This document shows, piece after piece, positions 29,836-40,294 of a stretch of 64,000 nt of DNA; within the stretch, counting starts at the first letter, position 1; every line of letters starts with the position of its first letter. This stretch comes from Limosilactobacillus sp. (GTDB taxonomy: Bacteria; Bacillota; Bacilli; Lactobacillales; Lactobacillaceae). A program made the translations under genes and the position numbers. The stretch lies in NCBI RefSeq assembly GCF_051873075.1, contig NZ_JBJEEM010000079.1:9213-73212 (forward strand). The letters run 5' to 3'. The notes beneath the pieces are model-generated. The model did no database searches and was not told the DNA's origin. It saw nothing but the letters and a program-made list of their open reading frames with translations.

Positions 29836-29864
29836 ATCTTACGCTCTTAATGCTAACTTGTCAA
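29836..29864 (-). promoter_or_regulatory. Sigma-A-type promoter of the T-box/ABC operon
   Basis: Minus strand TTGACA-17 nt-TAAGAT, immediately downstream of the mreD stop. Confidence 0.65.
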
Positions 29865-29870
29865 GACATA

Positions 29871-30407
29871 TTAAACAGTTTTTTCATCCGTGGCCCAGTT
29901 AAAAAGCGCCTGGATCGGCCAATACAAGACCACAAAGTAAACCAAGTTAAGGGCTAACGTGGGTGCCAATACATGCAGCAGATAATCGCTAAAGGGCATT
30001 GACGTCACGCCGACCAGCGAATAAGCCCAGTAATTAAGGGTCGTGAAGGCAACGATGTCGATGAAGAAAATCATGATCATCGACAAGAACGATGAACTGA
30101 AGTACTTGGACAAGATTGTCGTCAAACCAACAATGCACGGGAATAAGAACATGTATAACCCCAAGATCCCGGAGCTATACAGGTCGGCCACAATCCCTGC
30201 GGCGACGGCAAACGGAATCAGGGGAATTTCAATCCCGTTTTCAAAGAAGTAGGACAGGGTCAGCCACAAAAGTACCAATTCACTTGCCATCGAGTATGGA
30301 TAGTGAAAGAACAGCGGTGCCCACACGTGACTGACTGCGCCGTCCAAAAACAGACAGACAAACAGGCCCACGGGGAATACGTATTTTAATCGTGATAATC
30401 GATACAT
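29871..30407 (-). CDS. mreD: Rod shape-determining protein MreD
   Basis: 178 aa polytopic membrane protein directly after mreC, with an MreD-like N-terminus (FPVGLFVCLFLDGAVSHVW). Confidence 0.8.
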   Translation of the reverse strand: MYRLSRLKYVFPVGLFVCLFLDGAVSHVWAPLFFHYPYSMASELVLLWLTLSYFFENGIEIPLIPFAVAAGIVADLYSSGILGLYMFLFPCIVGLTTILSKYFSSSFLSMIMIFFIDIVAFTTLNYWAYSLVGVTSMPFSDYLLHVLAPTLALNLVYFVVLYWPIQALFNWATDEKTV

Positions 30408-30413
30408 ACTTCA

Positions 30414-31268
30414 TCACTCCTGAGATGCTGATTCAGCAACCGTAACGATGTTGATATCATTAAAGTCCGTGGCCGGAGTAATATAAACCTTCTGAGCAAG
30501 GCCATAGTCGTCCTTGCCGATTCGAGCAACCTTACCAACGTACAGTCCCTTAGGAGTTATTCCTCCCATACCGTTGGTCGTTACCCGGGCCCCCTTCTTA
30601 ATCTTGGCCTTGGAGTTAACCTGGCCCATTACCAGTTCACCACGGGAGGCATTGTAACCGGTGATGATTCCGTTCACGTCTCCATTGGTACCGTGAATCG
30701 AAATGGCAAAACGGTTGGATGATTCACTGGTATCGCTGAGCAACTCAACCTTACTGTTGGTCTTGTTGACCTCGGCGATTCGCCCGATCAAACCACCATT
30801 GCTCATTACCGGCATATTCTTCTTGATACCACTAGACTGCCCCTTATTGATCACTAACTGTTGTTGCCAGGCCGATGGCGTCCGCATCAAGACCGCCGCC
30901 GTAACCGTATCATAGTCGGTCATAGAATTGTTGAGCTTGAGTTCCTGCTTCAACTGTTTGTTTTCATGAGCCAGTGCCTGATTGCGGACCTTCGTTTGGG
31001 CAAGGTCAGTGACCTGCTGCTTCAGTTCACGGTTTTCCGAGTAAGTATTCATCAAGTCATTAACCGAGCTGAAACTGGTCTGCAACCAATTAACCGGAAG
31101 GGCCACGGCGCTATCCGCAAAGCCTACGATATCATTGCCAAACTGCTGAATTAGCGGCGGGGTATTCCGGCGATTGCGCATGGTAATTGAACCCGCCATT
31201 AAGCCGAAGCAGGCAACCAGAATTACCACAATAATAACCAACCGGCGATTGGAAAAGAACTTGCGCAT
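30414..31268 (-). CDS. mreC: Rod shape-determining protein MreC
   Basis: 284 aa with an N-terminal TM, a coiled-coil and a beta-barrel domain (MPVMSNGGLIGRIAEV). Confidence 0.9.
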   Translation of the reverse strand: MRKFFSNRRLVIIVVILVACFGLMAGSITMRNRRNTPPLIQQFGNDIVGFADSAVALPVNWLQTSFSSVNDLMNTYSENRELKQQVTDLAQTKVRNQALAHENKQLKQELKLNNSMTDYDTVTAAVLMRTPSAWQQQLVINKGQSSGIKKNMPVMSNGGLIGRIAEVNKTNSKVELLSDTSESSNRFAISIHGTNGDVNGIITGYNASRGELVMGQVNSKAKIKKGARVTTNGMGGITPKGLYVGKVARIGKDDYGLAQKVYITPATDFNDINIVTVAESASQE

Positions 31269-31381
31269 GATAATCCTCCAAATGTAATTTACAAAATAAC
31301 AAAAGCGCGGCTAGACAAAACAAATCGTTTTGCGACCAGCCCCGCCCACTTGCCGAGCAGATAATCGATCTGCTCGTGTTA

Positions 31382-32386
31382 TTACTTCTTCTTCATTACG
31401 TCAATACTCTTAAGGGATTCACCGGTCCCGATCGCTACACAATCAAGTGGATCGTTGGCGATAAAGACTGGCACCTTAGTAGCATCCGCAATTACATCTG
31501 GCAGGTGTTTCAACAGTGCGCCGCCACCAGTCAGCACAATTCCGTGGTCAATCACATCCGCAGCAATTTCTGGTGACGTTTCTTCCAGCGTCCCCTTGAT
31601 CGCCGTAATGATGTTTTCTACCACATCTTGAAGGGCAGTTGAGACGTCCGTAGCAGAAACTTCCATTGTCTTTGGCAAACCAGTAACCAGGTCCCGACCG
31701 CGAACCTCAGTCTTGCCCATCTCAGCAGCGGCCTCAACGGAAGCAGAACCGATGTCCCATTTGAGCTTTTCAGACGTCCGCTCACCGATAAGGAGCTTCT
31801 TGTTCTGACGCACGTATTGAGCAATGGCATCGTTCATCTTGTCACCGGCCATCCGGATAGACCGGCTGGAAACAATTCCGCCCAATGAGATCGTGGCAAC
31901 ATCAGTGGTCCCGCCACCAATATCAACAACCATGCTACCAGTTGGATCCATCACTGGAAGGCCGGCACCAATAGCAGCGGCAAAAGGTTCTTCAATCACG
32001 TAGGCATCACGTGCCCCGGCAACCCGAGTGGCATCGATGACGGCCCGCTTTTCAACTTCGGTAATTCCGCTTGGTACACAAACCATGACGTACGGCTTGC
32101 CATTACTGTTGCCTAAGGCCTTCTCAATGTAGTACTTCATCATGGCAACGGTCGTGTCGTAGTCGGCAATAACCCCATCCTTCATCGGGCGAATGGCCAC
32201 TATGCTCTCCGGTGTCCGACCGATCATGTCACGAGCGTCTGAACCGACAGAGATCACTTCATTAGTCTTGGCATTACGCGCAACAACTGATGGCTCACGC
32301 AGCACAATTCCCTTACCTTCAAGGTAAACGATCGTGTTGGCGGTCCCCAGGTCGATTCCTAGATTTTTGGTTCCAATTCCTAGCAA
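31382..32386 (-). CDS. mreB: Rod shape-determining actin homologue MreB
   Basis: 334 aa with [20 protein letters not shown] and [12 protein letters not shown] start with a GAAGGGAAG SD. Confidence 0.95.
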   Translation of the reverse strand: MLGIGTKNLGIDLGTANTIVYLEGKGIVLREPSVVARNAKTNEVISVGSDARDMIGRTPESIVAIRPMKDGVIADYDTTVAMMKYYIEKALGNSNGKPYVMVCVPSGITEVEKRAVIDATRVAGARDAYVIEEPFAAAIGAGLPVMDPTGSMVVDIGGGTTDVATISLGGIVSSRSIRMAGDKMNDAIAQYVRQNKKLLIGERTSEKLKWDIGSASVEAAAEMGKTEVRGRDLVTGLPKTMEVSATDVSTALQDVVENIITAIKGTLEETSPEIAADVIDHGIVLTGGGALLKHLPDVIADATKVPVFIANDPLDCVAIGTGESLKSIDVMKKK

Positions 32387-32439
32387 TCTATTTCTTCCCT
32401 TCGTTTTTTAACTGATAAATTCTAATTAATATCGTGGAT

Positions 32440-32448
32440 ATTATACCA
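32440..32448 (-). promoter_or_regulatory. Extended -10 promoter element (TGgTATAAT) upstream of mreB
   Basis: Minus strand ctaTGGTATAATatcc, about 55 nt upstream of the mreB start. Confidence 0.5.
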
Positions 32449-32529
32449 TAGCCAGTAAAGACATTCGAACATTAATATACATTATCAGTCCCTTAAGGAT
32501 AAATTTTTCGGGGGAAATTAAAGCTTTCT

Positions 32530-33198
32530 TTAACTTTGCGCCTGCATTTCCTCTTCTCGCCAACTGTAATAGCGATTATTGCCCACGATCATGAAGTCCA
32601 GTACCTGAATGCCCAGGATCTTGCCGCCCTGTTCCAAGCGTTTCGCAAAGGACAAGTCCTGTTTGGAAGGCTTGATGTTGCCGGATGGGTGGTTATGGAT
32701 CATGACCAGGCCGCTTGCCGAGTAGCGCAGGGCATATTTAAAAATCTGGTCGGGATACAGGACACATTCACTCCGCCCGCCGATAAACATCGTCTTAAGC
32801 TTGATGATGTTGTTTTGGGTATCGGTAAAGGCCACGCAGACGCTCTCCTGTTCATTGCCAGCAAAGTGGGCAATCATCGCCGCGCCTAGTTCCATGCTGG
32901 AATAGGCCTCTCCCTTGATGTCCGGGTAAACCTTGACCAAGGCCCGGCCCAAATCGATTGCGGCAAAGAAATTATTGATCCGCTGGTCGCTAATGCACAG
33001 TTTGCGCCGGGCATTTCGTGAGATCTGCTTAAGGTCGATCGGGTCCGGGTAGTATAGCTCCATGTAGTCGTAAGCACTCATCCCATGAATCTCGACGCCG
33101 CTAAGGCAGCACCGAATCGCCTTCTCGTACACGTCCAAAGCTTGCATTGCCGTCATTTCTTGCCCTTCAACCTCAAGTTGTTCATCTTGTTCATCCAT
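32530..33198 (-). CDS. radC: RadC-like JAB/MPN domain protein (UPF0758)
   Basis: 222 aa with the JAMM motif MIHNHPSGNIKPSKQD, upstream of mreBCD as in Bacillus. Confidence 0.88.
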   Translation of the reverse strand: MDEQDEQLEVEGQEMTAMQALDVYEKAIRCCLSGVEIHGMSAYDYMELYYPDPIDLKQISRNARRKLCISDQRINNFFAAIDLGRALVKVYPDIKGEAYSSMELGAAMIAHFAGNEQESVCVAFTDTQNNIIKLKTMFIGGRSECVLYPDQIFKYALRYSASGLVMIHNHPSGNIKPSKQDLSFAKRLEQGGKILGIQVLDFMIVGNNRYYSWREEEMQAQS

Positions 33199-33253
33199 TT
33201 TAATCGCTCCTTTGTATTTATCCGGTCACTAGATAAATACGCAAGATTTTCGA

Positions 33254-34567
33254 TCAGTCATCAAATAAATAGCGAACTTCTGAAATAAAGTATAAGGACC
33301 CGGTTACGATCATAACGTCCTCGCTGCTGAGCTGGCTGGCAACTTGCTGGAAACCCGCCTGCCAGCTATCTGCCACCTGAATTGGGTAGCGACTGGACAG
33401 CTGGTCGGCAACTTGTGCCAGGTCAGCACTCGGCCGCTTGGGACCCGGCCCCGCGAAATGAGTGACCGTCAGGTGGACGTTGCCCAGACTAGCTAATTCA
33501 CCGAGCATCAAGTCGTACTGCTTATCGGCTAGAATGGCGACCAGGATGTATACGTCCCGGTCAGCAAAGTCATCTCGAATCGACTTGACCAGGGCCTGCA
33601 TCCCCGGCAGGTTATGGGCACCATCGAGGAGCACGAGGGGCTCGCTGTTGACGATCTCCATCCGCCCCGGCCAGTGGCTTTCTTTGAGACCCCGCCGAAG
33701 TGCCGCGGAGTCAACTGGCAAGCCCTGCTTTTGTAAGAACAGCTGAGCTGCAGTCAATGCAATTGCCGCGTTTTCTACCTGGTAGTCTCCCGCCAGGCCG
33801 AGTTGAAAACAGCCACGATGAATGGCCACCCCATCGTATTGGACCTGGGCAAGCAAGCCATGGGCATTGGCCTTCTGCGCTGTGAAGTCCCGCCCCAGTT
33901 CATACAAGGGCGCTGACTTCGCAGCTGCGGTCTGTTCAATCACCTGCTGGGCAGCGTCCGGCAACTGGCCGATCACCACCGGGACCCCCTGCTTGATGAT
34001 TCCGGCCTTCTGGGTGGCAATTGCCCCTAGGGTATTTCCCAGGTACTTCATGTGGTCCCAACCGACTGTGGTGATGACACTGACGTCGGGGATGATCACG
34101 TTGGTCGAATCATAGAGGCCGCCGATCCCGACCTCTAATAAGACGACGTCCGGCTTTTTTTCGGCCATGTAGCAAAACATCAACGCAGTGTCGATCTCAA
34201 ATTCGGTTGGCCCGCCAGTCGGCAACTCCCGGTCGAGCTTGGCCACCACCGGCTCCAAACGCTGGGTCAGCCGCACGAGGTCTGAATCGCTGATCTGCTG
34301 GGCATTGTACTCAATCCGCTCATTGAAGCGAGTGATGAAGGGCGAGGTAAAGCTGCCCACCGTCAGGCCGCTATCGAGCAGCATTGACCGCAGCATTGCT
34401 ACCGTCGATCCCTTCCCGTTGGTCCCGGTCACATGGATGTAGTGTTGGCCCCGCTCCGGGTTGCCCAGCTCAGCGAGAAAGCGCCGCATCCGTTTGAGAG
34501 TTGGAATCTTCTTGAATTTGGTCCGGCCATGGATAAAAGCCAGAGCGTCTGCGTAAGTTTTTATCAT
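33254..34567 (-). CDS. folC: Bifunctional folylpolyglutamate synthase/dihydrofolate synthase
   Basis: I moved the start to MIKTYADALAFIHGR (34567). P-loop VTGTNGKGST, Mur-ligase family. Confidence 0.92.
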   Translation of the reverse strand: MIKTYADALAFIHGRTKFKKIPTLKRMRRFLAELGNPERGQHYIHVTGTNGKGSTVAMLRSMLLDSGLTVGSFTSPFITRFNERIEYNAQQISDSDLVRLTQRLEPVVAKLDRELPTGGPTEFEIDTALMFCYMAEKKPDVVLLEVGIGGLYDSTNVIIPDVSVITTVGWDHMKYLGNTLGAIATQKAGIIKQGVPVVIGQLPDAAQQVIEQTAAAKSAPLYELGRDFTAQKANAHGLLAQVQYDGVAIHRGCFQLGLAGDYQVENAAIALTAAQLFLQKQGLPVDSAALRRGLKESHWPGRMEIVNSEPLVLLDGAHNLPGMQALVKSIRDDFADRDVYILVAILADKQYDLMLGELASLGNVHLTVTHFAGPGPKRPSADLAQVADQLSSRYPIQVADSWQAGFQQVASQLSSEDVMIVTGSLYFISEVRYLFDD

Positions 34568-34639
34568 TAGTACTCTCCCCACAAAACAAAAAAAGATGGT
34601 TGTGATACTGAAATAGTACCACAATCACCTTTTACTTGG

Positions 34640-37297
34640 TTAGGCTTCTTCAAGTGAAGCAAGCCGTTCCTTGGCAGCGTCCAGCTTTTGCTGCCATTCG
34701 ACTGCCTTTTGCTTTTCAGCTTCAACGACCTTTTCCGGTGCGTTGTTAACGAACTTCTCGTTGCCGAGCTTCTTTTGGGAACGTTGAACTTCCTTTTCGA
34801 GCTTAGCAATTTCCTTCTTCATCTTGGCCCGTTCTTCGTCTAAGTCAACCAGTTCAGCCATTGGGATGTAAACTTCAGCCCCAGCCAGGATTCCAGACAT
34901 CGCCAGTTTAGGAGCCTGGACATCTGTACTGATGGTCAGTTCCGCCGGATGGCAGAAGCGGTCGATGTAGTCGCGGTTGGCATTGAGCATGTCGCCGAGG
35001 TGCTGGTTATCAACCTTAACCAGGATGTCAACCGGCTTGGACATTGGGGCGTTGGCTTCGCTCCGGATGTTACGAACGGCCTTGATCATCTCAATCAGGT
35101 TGCTCATTTGTTCAGTAGCTGCCGGGTCATCCAAGTCGGCGTTGGCCACTGGGTACTTGGCAACCATGATGGACTTGCCGTCGTGCGGCATTGCCAGCCA
35201 AAGCTTTTCCGTAACGAATGGCATGATTGGGTGCATCAGCTTCAGGGTCTGATCTAAGACGTAGCCCAAGATGTTCTTGGTGTTGGCCTTTTCTTCATCG
35301 GTCCCGTTGTTGAGCTTCTCCTTGGTCATTTCGATGTACCAGTCACAGAAGTCATTCCAGATGAAACTGTACAATGCCCGGCCCGCTTCACCAAACTCAA
35401 ACTTGTCAAACTGTTCGTTGACCTGCTTGATGGTGGCGTTCAACCGGCTCAGAATCCAACGATCAGCCAGGTCCCACTTGAACTTGTCAGGCAGGACCGG
35501 TGCCGGCATGTCGCCGAGGTTCATGATGACGTACCGGCTAGCGTTCCAGATCTTGTTAATGAAGTTCCAGGCGGCATCCATCTTAGTGTAGGAGAACCGG
35601 ATGTCCTGACCCGGAGTCGAGCCGTTGATCAGGAACCAGCGCAGGGCGTCAACCCCGTACTTCTTGATGACGTCCATCGGGTCAATCCCGTTACCGAGGG
35701 ACTTGCTCATCTTCCGGCCTTGTTCGTCACGGATCAAGCCGTGCAGAAGAACGTTCTTGAATGGGGCCTTGCCGGTGAATTCCAGGGATTGGAAGATCAT
35801 CCGGGATACCCAGAAGAAGATGATGTCGTAACCAGTAACCAGGGTGCTGGTTGGGAAGTAGCGCTTGTAATCCGGTGAATCGGTATCTGGCCAACCCATG
35901 GTTGAGAATGGCCACAAGCCACTACTGAACCAGGTATCCAACACGTCAGTATCCTGCGTCCAGTTTTCGGCATCCTTTGGCGCTTCCATGCCAACGTATA
36001 CCTCACCGGTCTTCTTGTGGTACCAGGCCGGAATCCGGTGACCCCACCAGAGCTGCCGCGAGATGACCCAGTCGTGAACGTTTTCCATCCACTGGGTGAA
36101 GGTATGTTCAAACCGTCCCGGAATGAAGTTGACCTTATCATCCGTCTTCTGGTTATCAAGGGCCAGCTTAGCAAGCGGCTTCATCTTGACAAACCACTGG
36201 GTGGATAGGCGGGCTTCAACTTGAACCCCAGTCCGCTCAGAGTGACCAACGGAGTGCACGATTGGAACCACCTTGAGCATGTAGCCCTGGTCGGTCAAAT
36301 CCTTGACCATAGCTTTCCGGGCCTCAAAACGGTCCATCCCTTGGTACTTGCCGGCATTCTCGTTCATGGAAGCGTCTTCGTTCATCGTGTTCAATTCTGG
36401 CAGGTTGTGACGCTTACCAACTTTGAAGTCGTTCGGGTCATGGGCCGGGGTAATCTTAACCATCCCAGTTCCGAAGTCCGGCGTTACGTAGTCATCAGCG
36501 ATGATTTCGATTTCCCGGTCAACTAATGGGACCCGGACGTGTTTACCAACCAGTTCCTTGTAACGGTCGTCATTCGGGTTAACGGCAACGGCCTCATCAC
36601 CGAACATGGTTTCCGGACGCGTCGTGGCAATCTCGATGTAGTCCTTGCCGTTGAAGGTCGTCCCATCGGTGAATGGGTACTTGACGTGGTAGAAGGCTCC
36701 CTTGTCGTCCTTGTGGATAACCTCAATATCAGACAGGGCCGTCCGTGCTTGCGGATCCCAGTTGATGATGTAGGTTCCCCGGTAAATCAGGCCCTTGTTG
36801 TACAGGTCCACAAAGACCTTTCGCACGGCCTTGTTCAGCCCCTCATCCAGGGTGAAGCGTTCCCGGTCGTAATCAACGGAGATCCCGAGCTTAGCCCACT
36901 GTTTGTGGATGATGTCGGCATATTCGTCCTTCCAGTCCCAAACTTGTTGAACGAACTTTTCCCGACCGAGATCATAGCGAGAAATTCCCTGCTTGCGCAA
37001 CCGGGCTTCAACCTTCGCCTGGGTAGCAATTCCGGCGTGGTCCATCCCCGGCAGCCACAAGACATCGTAACCCTGCATCCGCTTTTGACGGATCAGCATA
37101 TCCTGCAGAGTCGTGTCCCAGGCGTGGCCCAGGTGCAACTTCCCAGTAACATTCGGCGGCGGAATAACAATTGAATATGGGTGGGCCTTCTTATCGCCAC
37201 TTGGCTTGAAGAGGCCCTGGTCAATCCACCATTGGTAACGACCAGCTTCAACGGCTGTCGGATCATACTTTGTTGACATTTCCTTATCGGCTGCCAT
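34640..37297 (-). CDS. valS: Valine--tRNA ligase
   Basis: 885 aa with HIGH ([15 protein letters not shown]), KMSKS, and a C-terminal coiled-coil. Preceded by a T-box leader. Confidence 0.97.
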   Translation of the reverse strand: MAADKEMSTKYDPTAVEAGRYQWWIDQGLFKPSGDKKAHPYSIVIPPPNVTGKLHLGHAWDTTLQDMLIRQKRMQGYDVLWLPGMDHAGIATQAKVEARLRKQGISRYDLGREKFVQQVWDWKDEYADIIHKQWAKLGISVDYDRERFTLDEGLNKAVRKVFVDLYNKGLIYRGTYIINWDPQARTALSDIEVIHKDDKGAFYHVKYPFTDGTTFNGKDYIEIATTRPETMFGDEAVAVNPNDDRYKELVGKHVRVPLVDREIEIIADDYVTPDFGTGMVKITPAHDPNDFKVGKRHNLPELNTMNEDASMNENAGKYQGMDRFEARKAMVKDLTDQGYMLKVVPIVHSVGHSERTGVQVEARLSTQWFVKMKPLAKLALDNQKTDDKVNFIPGRFEHTFTQWMENVHDWVISRQLWWGHRIPAWYHKKTGEVYVGMEAPKDAENWTQDTDVLDTWFSSGLWPFSTMGWPDTDSPDYKRYFPTSTLVTGYDIIFFWVSRMIFQSLEFTGKAPFKNVLLHGLIRDEQGRKMSKSLGNGIDPMDVIKKYGVDALRWFLINGSTPGQDIRFSYTKMDAAWNFINKIWNASRYVIMNLGDMPAPVLPDKFKWDLADRWILSRLNATIKQVNEQFDKFEFGEAGRALYSFIWNDFCDWYIEMTKEKLNNGTDEEKANTKNILGYVLDQTLKLMHPIMPFVTEKLWLAMPHDGKSIMVAKYPVANADLDDPAATEQMSNLIEMIKAVRNIRSEANAPMSKPVDILVKVDNQHLGDMLNANRDYIDRFCHPAELTISTDVQAPKLAMSGILAGAEVYIPMAELVDLDEERAKMKKEIAKLEKEVQRSQKKLGNEKFVNNAPEKVVEAEKQKAVEWQQKLDAAKERLASLEEA

Positions 37298-37359
37298 CGT
37301 ATAATCGCTCCTTTCAAAATTCTAAAGTTAAGTTTGCACATATAAAAACGGTGACCAAA

Positions 37360-37604
37360 TAAAAAAATCGCCCTATCAAAACAGATAGGACGATTGAATT
37401 CGCGGTACCACCTACGTTGAGCAGCCCTGAGACTGCCCCACTCGTTCATTTAATAACGGTAAATGAACCGGGCCTGCCTACTGAATTTCAGCAAACCAGC
37501 TCCCGAGCTACATTCGCGAAGCTGATCCGGGTCTTTCCAGCAGCAACCCTCTCTGGTGAATCATGGTACCTCGTTACTATTTCGGTCATCGCTTAATATT
37601 TTAT
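37360..37604 (-). promoter_or_regulatory. T-box riboswitch leader of valS (specifier GUA, Val)
   Basis: On the minus strand I see:
- a K-turn, GAUGA-CCGA...UCGG-GA
- an S-turn, AGUA
- an AGAGAG bulge
- the specifier loop GAAU-GUA-G
- an F-box, CCGUUA
- the T-box core GUAGGUGGUACCGCG (rc of 37401..37412)
- the terminator ucguccuauc...gauagggcga plus U7. Confidence 0.88.
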
Positions 37605-37610
37605 GCTTGT

Positions 37611-37639
37611 ATCATAGCTAAATTATCGCTGAGCGTCAA
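37611..37639 (-). promoter_or_regulatory. Sigma-A-type promoter of the valS leader
   Basis: Minus strand TTGACG-17 nt-TATGAT, just downstream of the thiI stop. Confidence 0.6.
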
Positions 37640-37646
37640 GCACAGA

Positions 37647-38873
37647 TTACAGCAACTCGGCAAAAACGTCCTCGTTTTGGTTGAGGAAGTCCTCACCAGG
37701 ATGGATTTCGGTAATCTCAATTCCATCCAGCGAACGCTTCATCAAGCCTTCGATGTCCAAGCGCTGTTCGTACTTGCGGGCCCGGTCCACGTTTGGCCGG
37801 GTTTTCGGCGACGGCGGTGTGAAGACCGTACAACAGTCCTCATACGGCAGAATGGAAAGATCGTAAGTACCGATCTCCTCGGCAATCTTGATAATCTCAG
37901 TCTTGTCATAGGAGAGAACTGGCCGCAGAACTGGATAGGTCGTCACGTCGTTGATGGCCAGCATACTCTCCATCGTCTGTGAGGCTACTTGACCCAAAGA
38001 CTCTCCGTTGAAGATTGCCAGTCCGTGGCGCTTGACCATCAAGGCAGCCGCCAGGCGAAGCATCATTCGCCGCTGAACCGTCATCAGGTACCCCTCAGGA
38101 ACCTTCTCCTTAACGGTCTCCTGGATCTCAGCAAACGGCACTTGGATAAAGCGGATGCTCCCGCTGTACTTGGCCAGCCGTTCAGTCAGCTGTTTAGCCT
38201 TGGCCAATGCCTGGGGACTCGTGTACGGCGGACTGTAGAAGTGGACCATTTCCAGGGAAACGCCTCGCTTCATTGCCAGGTAAGCCGCCACTGGCGAGTC
38301 AATCCCGCCAGACATCATCATCATTCCTTTACCAGCGGTCCCAACTGGCAGCCCGCCGGCTCCCTTAATCGTTTCGCTTGACAGGAAGATTCCGTTGAGC
38401 CGGATCTCAACCCGCAGTGTCAGGTCTGGATGGTGGACATCAACCTTGAGCTTATCAGGGAACTTATCCAGCAGGTAGCCCCCCAACTTGTTGTTCATCG
38501 CAAAGGTGTCCAGTTCAAAATGGTGGTCGGCACGCCGGGTCTCGATCTTAAAGGTGATCGGGTGGTCAACCTGCTCTTCAATCATCTGGGTCGCCGCCTT
38601 GGCAGCCGCGTCAAAGGTCTTCTCCACCCGAATGGATGGTGAGAAGTTTTGAATTCCAAAAACCAGCTTCAACCGGTCCATCACTTGATCGTAGTCTGCA
38701 CCGTTAAGTTCAACGTGCAGGCGGTCTTGCTGGGCATGAACCTTAACCTGATCAAAGCTATGCAGGGCGTGGCGAACATTGGCGCCCAAGCGGTCGATAA
38801 AGGACTTCTTATTGTGCCCCTTGGTAGACAATTCACCATAGCGCACCATAATTTCGGTGTATTGCACGCGCAA
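37647..38873 (-). CDS. thiI: tRNA 4-thiouridine(8) synthase ThiI
   Basis: 408 aa with an [16 protein letters not shown]-terminus, a THUMP domain and PP-loop [13 protein letters not shown]. Confidence 0.95.
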   Translation of the reverse strand: MRVQYTEIMVRYGELSTKGHNKKSFIDRLGANVRHALHSFDQVKVHAQQDRLHVELNGADYDQVMDRLKLVFGIQNFSPSIRVEKTFDAAAKAATQMIEEQVDHPITFKIETRRADHHFELDTFAMNNKLGGYLLDKFPDKLKVDVHHPDLTLRVEIRLNGIFLSSETIKGAGGLPVGTAGKGMMMMSGGIDSPVAAYLAMKRGVSLEMVHFYSPPYTSPQALAKAKQLTERLAKYSGSIRFIQVPFAEIQETVKEKVPEGYLMTVQRRMMLRLAAALMVKRHGLAIFNGESLGQVASQTMESMLAINDVTTYPVLRPVLSYDKTEIIKIAEEIGTYDLSILPYEDCCTVFTPPSPKTRPNVDRARKYEQRLDIEGLMKRSLDGIEITEIHPGEDFLNQNEDVFAELL

Positions 38874-38902
38874 TTCCTCCTTTCAATCTTTGTTAACTAT
38901 TA

Positions 38903-40051
38903 CTAATCAATAATTTTTTGAAACCCAGCGTAGAGCTTATCGAAGACCCGGTTGAATTCATCTGCTTCTTCCAGCGTGTTTTGATCGCCCAGGCTGATCC
39001 GGACCGCACTGGTAGCAACTTCTTCTGGAATCTTCATTGCAGCCAAAGTACCGGCCTCAGAGTGCTTCTTTGAGGAGCAGGCGCTGGTCGTGGAGATGTA
39101 GATTCCCTGGTCCTCAAAGGCGTGGACAATGGTCTCGCCCCGCACACCCGGAATGGCGAAACAAAGAACGTGGCAAGCAAAGCCCTTGTCCCGGCCAGAG
39201 ATCAGTTCAACATGGTCAAACTGGCTGAGGTGGTCGTAGATCCGTTCCTTGATGGCCTGTTCACGCTTGACAGCTGCCGGTTCGTCTTCCTTAATCATGC
39301 GGATGGCACGGGCCATGGCAGCATCACCAGGGGTGTTCTCGGTCCCGCTCCGCAACGTCCGTTCTTGCCCACCACCGGCAACCAGTGGGGCCAGCTTCCG
39401 GCCACTCTTTACATAAACAAAGCCGGTTCCTCGGGGAGCGTGGAACTTGTGTCCAGAGAAGGTGGCAAAGTCAACCCGGTCGCTGAATACCAGATCGTCA
39501 ACCCCCTTATCGATTGCCTGAACCGCATCCACCATGTAGTGGATGTTCGGGTAATCCTTTAAGATCTCCCCAACTTCCTTGATCGGCTGAATAGTACCGA
39601 TCTCGTTATTGATGGCCATGATGGAGACCAGGATGGTGTCGGGACGAATGGCGGCCTTGACATCGGCCGGGTCAATCCGACCCTCCTTGTCAACTGGCAG
39701 GTAGGTGATATCAAAGCCCAGCTCTCGAAGCTGTTCCAATGGGTTGCGCACCGCCGCATGCTCAACACTGGTGGTGATGATGTGCTTGCCGAAACGGTGC
39801 TTAGCCATCGCCGTTCCCTTAATCACCCAATTGTCCCCTTCGGAACCGCCACTGGTGAAGATAATTTCACTGGGCTTAACACCCAGCAGCTTGGCAATCT
39901 GCTGACGTGACTGCTCCAGCAGGTTCCAGGCATTTTCGCCAAAGTTGTGAAGACTGCTCGGGTTACCCCAGATCTTTTGGCTAACCGTATCGTAGGTTTG
40001 CAGAACTTCCGGTGCAATCTTGGTTGTTGCACTGTTATCAAAGTAGATCAT
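38903..40051 (-). CDS. iscS: Cysteine desulfurase (class V aminotransferase, NifZ/IscS type, ThiI partner)
   Basis: I moved the start to MIYFDNSATTK (40051). PLP lysine in SGHKFHAPRG and active-site loop SACSSK. Adjacent to thiI. Confidence 0.9.
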   Translation of the reverse strand: MIYFDNSATTKIAPEVLQTYDTVSQKIWGNPSSLHNFGENAWNLLEQSRQQIAKLLGVKPSEIIFTSGGSEGDNWVIKGTAMAKHRFGKHIITTSVEHAAVRNPLEQLRELGFDITYLPVDKEGRIDPADVKAAIRPDTILVSIMAINNEIGTIQPIKEVGEILKDYPNIHYMVDAVQAIDKGVDDLVFSDRVDFATFSGHKFHAPRGTGFVYVKSGRKLAPLVAGGGQERTLRSGTENTPGDAAMARAIRMIKEDEPAAVKREQAIKERIYDHLSQFDHVELISGRDKGFACHVLCFAIPGVRGETIVHAFEDQGIYISTTSACSSKKHSEAGTLAAMKIPEEVATSAVRISLGDQNTLEEADEFNRVFDKLYAGFQKIID

Positions 40052-40175
40052 TAACTCTGTTCCCTTCCTTATAAAATAATCATTGACGAGCAAGCAGGCA
40101 GATGAGCCAGCCACCCGACGAGATATTGGCGAGCATGCCATTGAATAGTTCGACTCTATCTTAAAACGACTTTAT

Positions 40176-40184
40176 ATTATAACA
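40176..40184 (-). promoter_or_regulatory. Extended -10 promoter element (TGtTATAAT) upstream of iscS-thiI
   Basis: Minus strand ttcTGTTATAATataaag, which leaves a roughly 120-nt leader before the iscS ATG. Confidence 0.5.
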
Positions 40185-40205
40185 GAAAATTGCCTGACGA
40201 GCATT

Positions 40206-40249
40206 GAAAAAAGCACGGTAACTAAGCAATTCACTCAGCTCCGTGCTTT
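40206..40249 (-). terminator. Intrinsic terminator after ezrA
   Basis: Minus-strand hairpin aagcacgg-(22 nt)-ccgugcuu followed by UUUUUC. Confidence 0.6.
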
Positions 40250-40294
40250 CCTAACTGTAATCGCGGGAAAACGTGCTTTTCCCCAGCTTATCAT

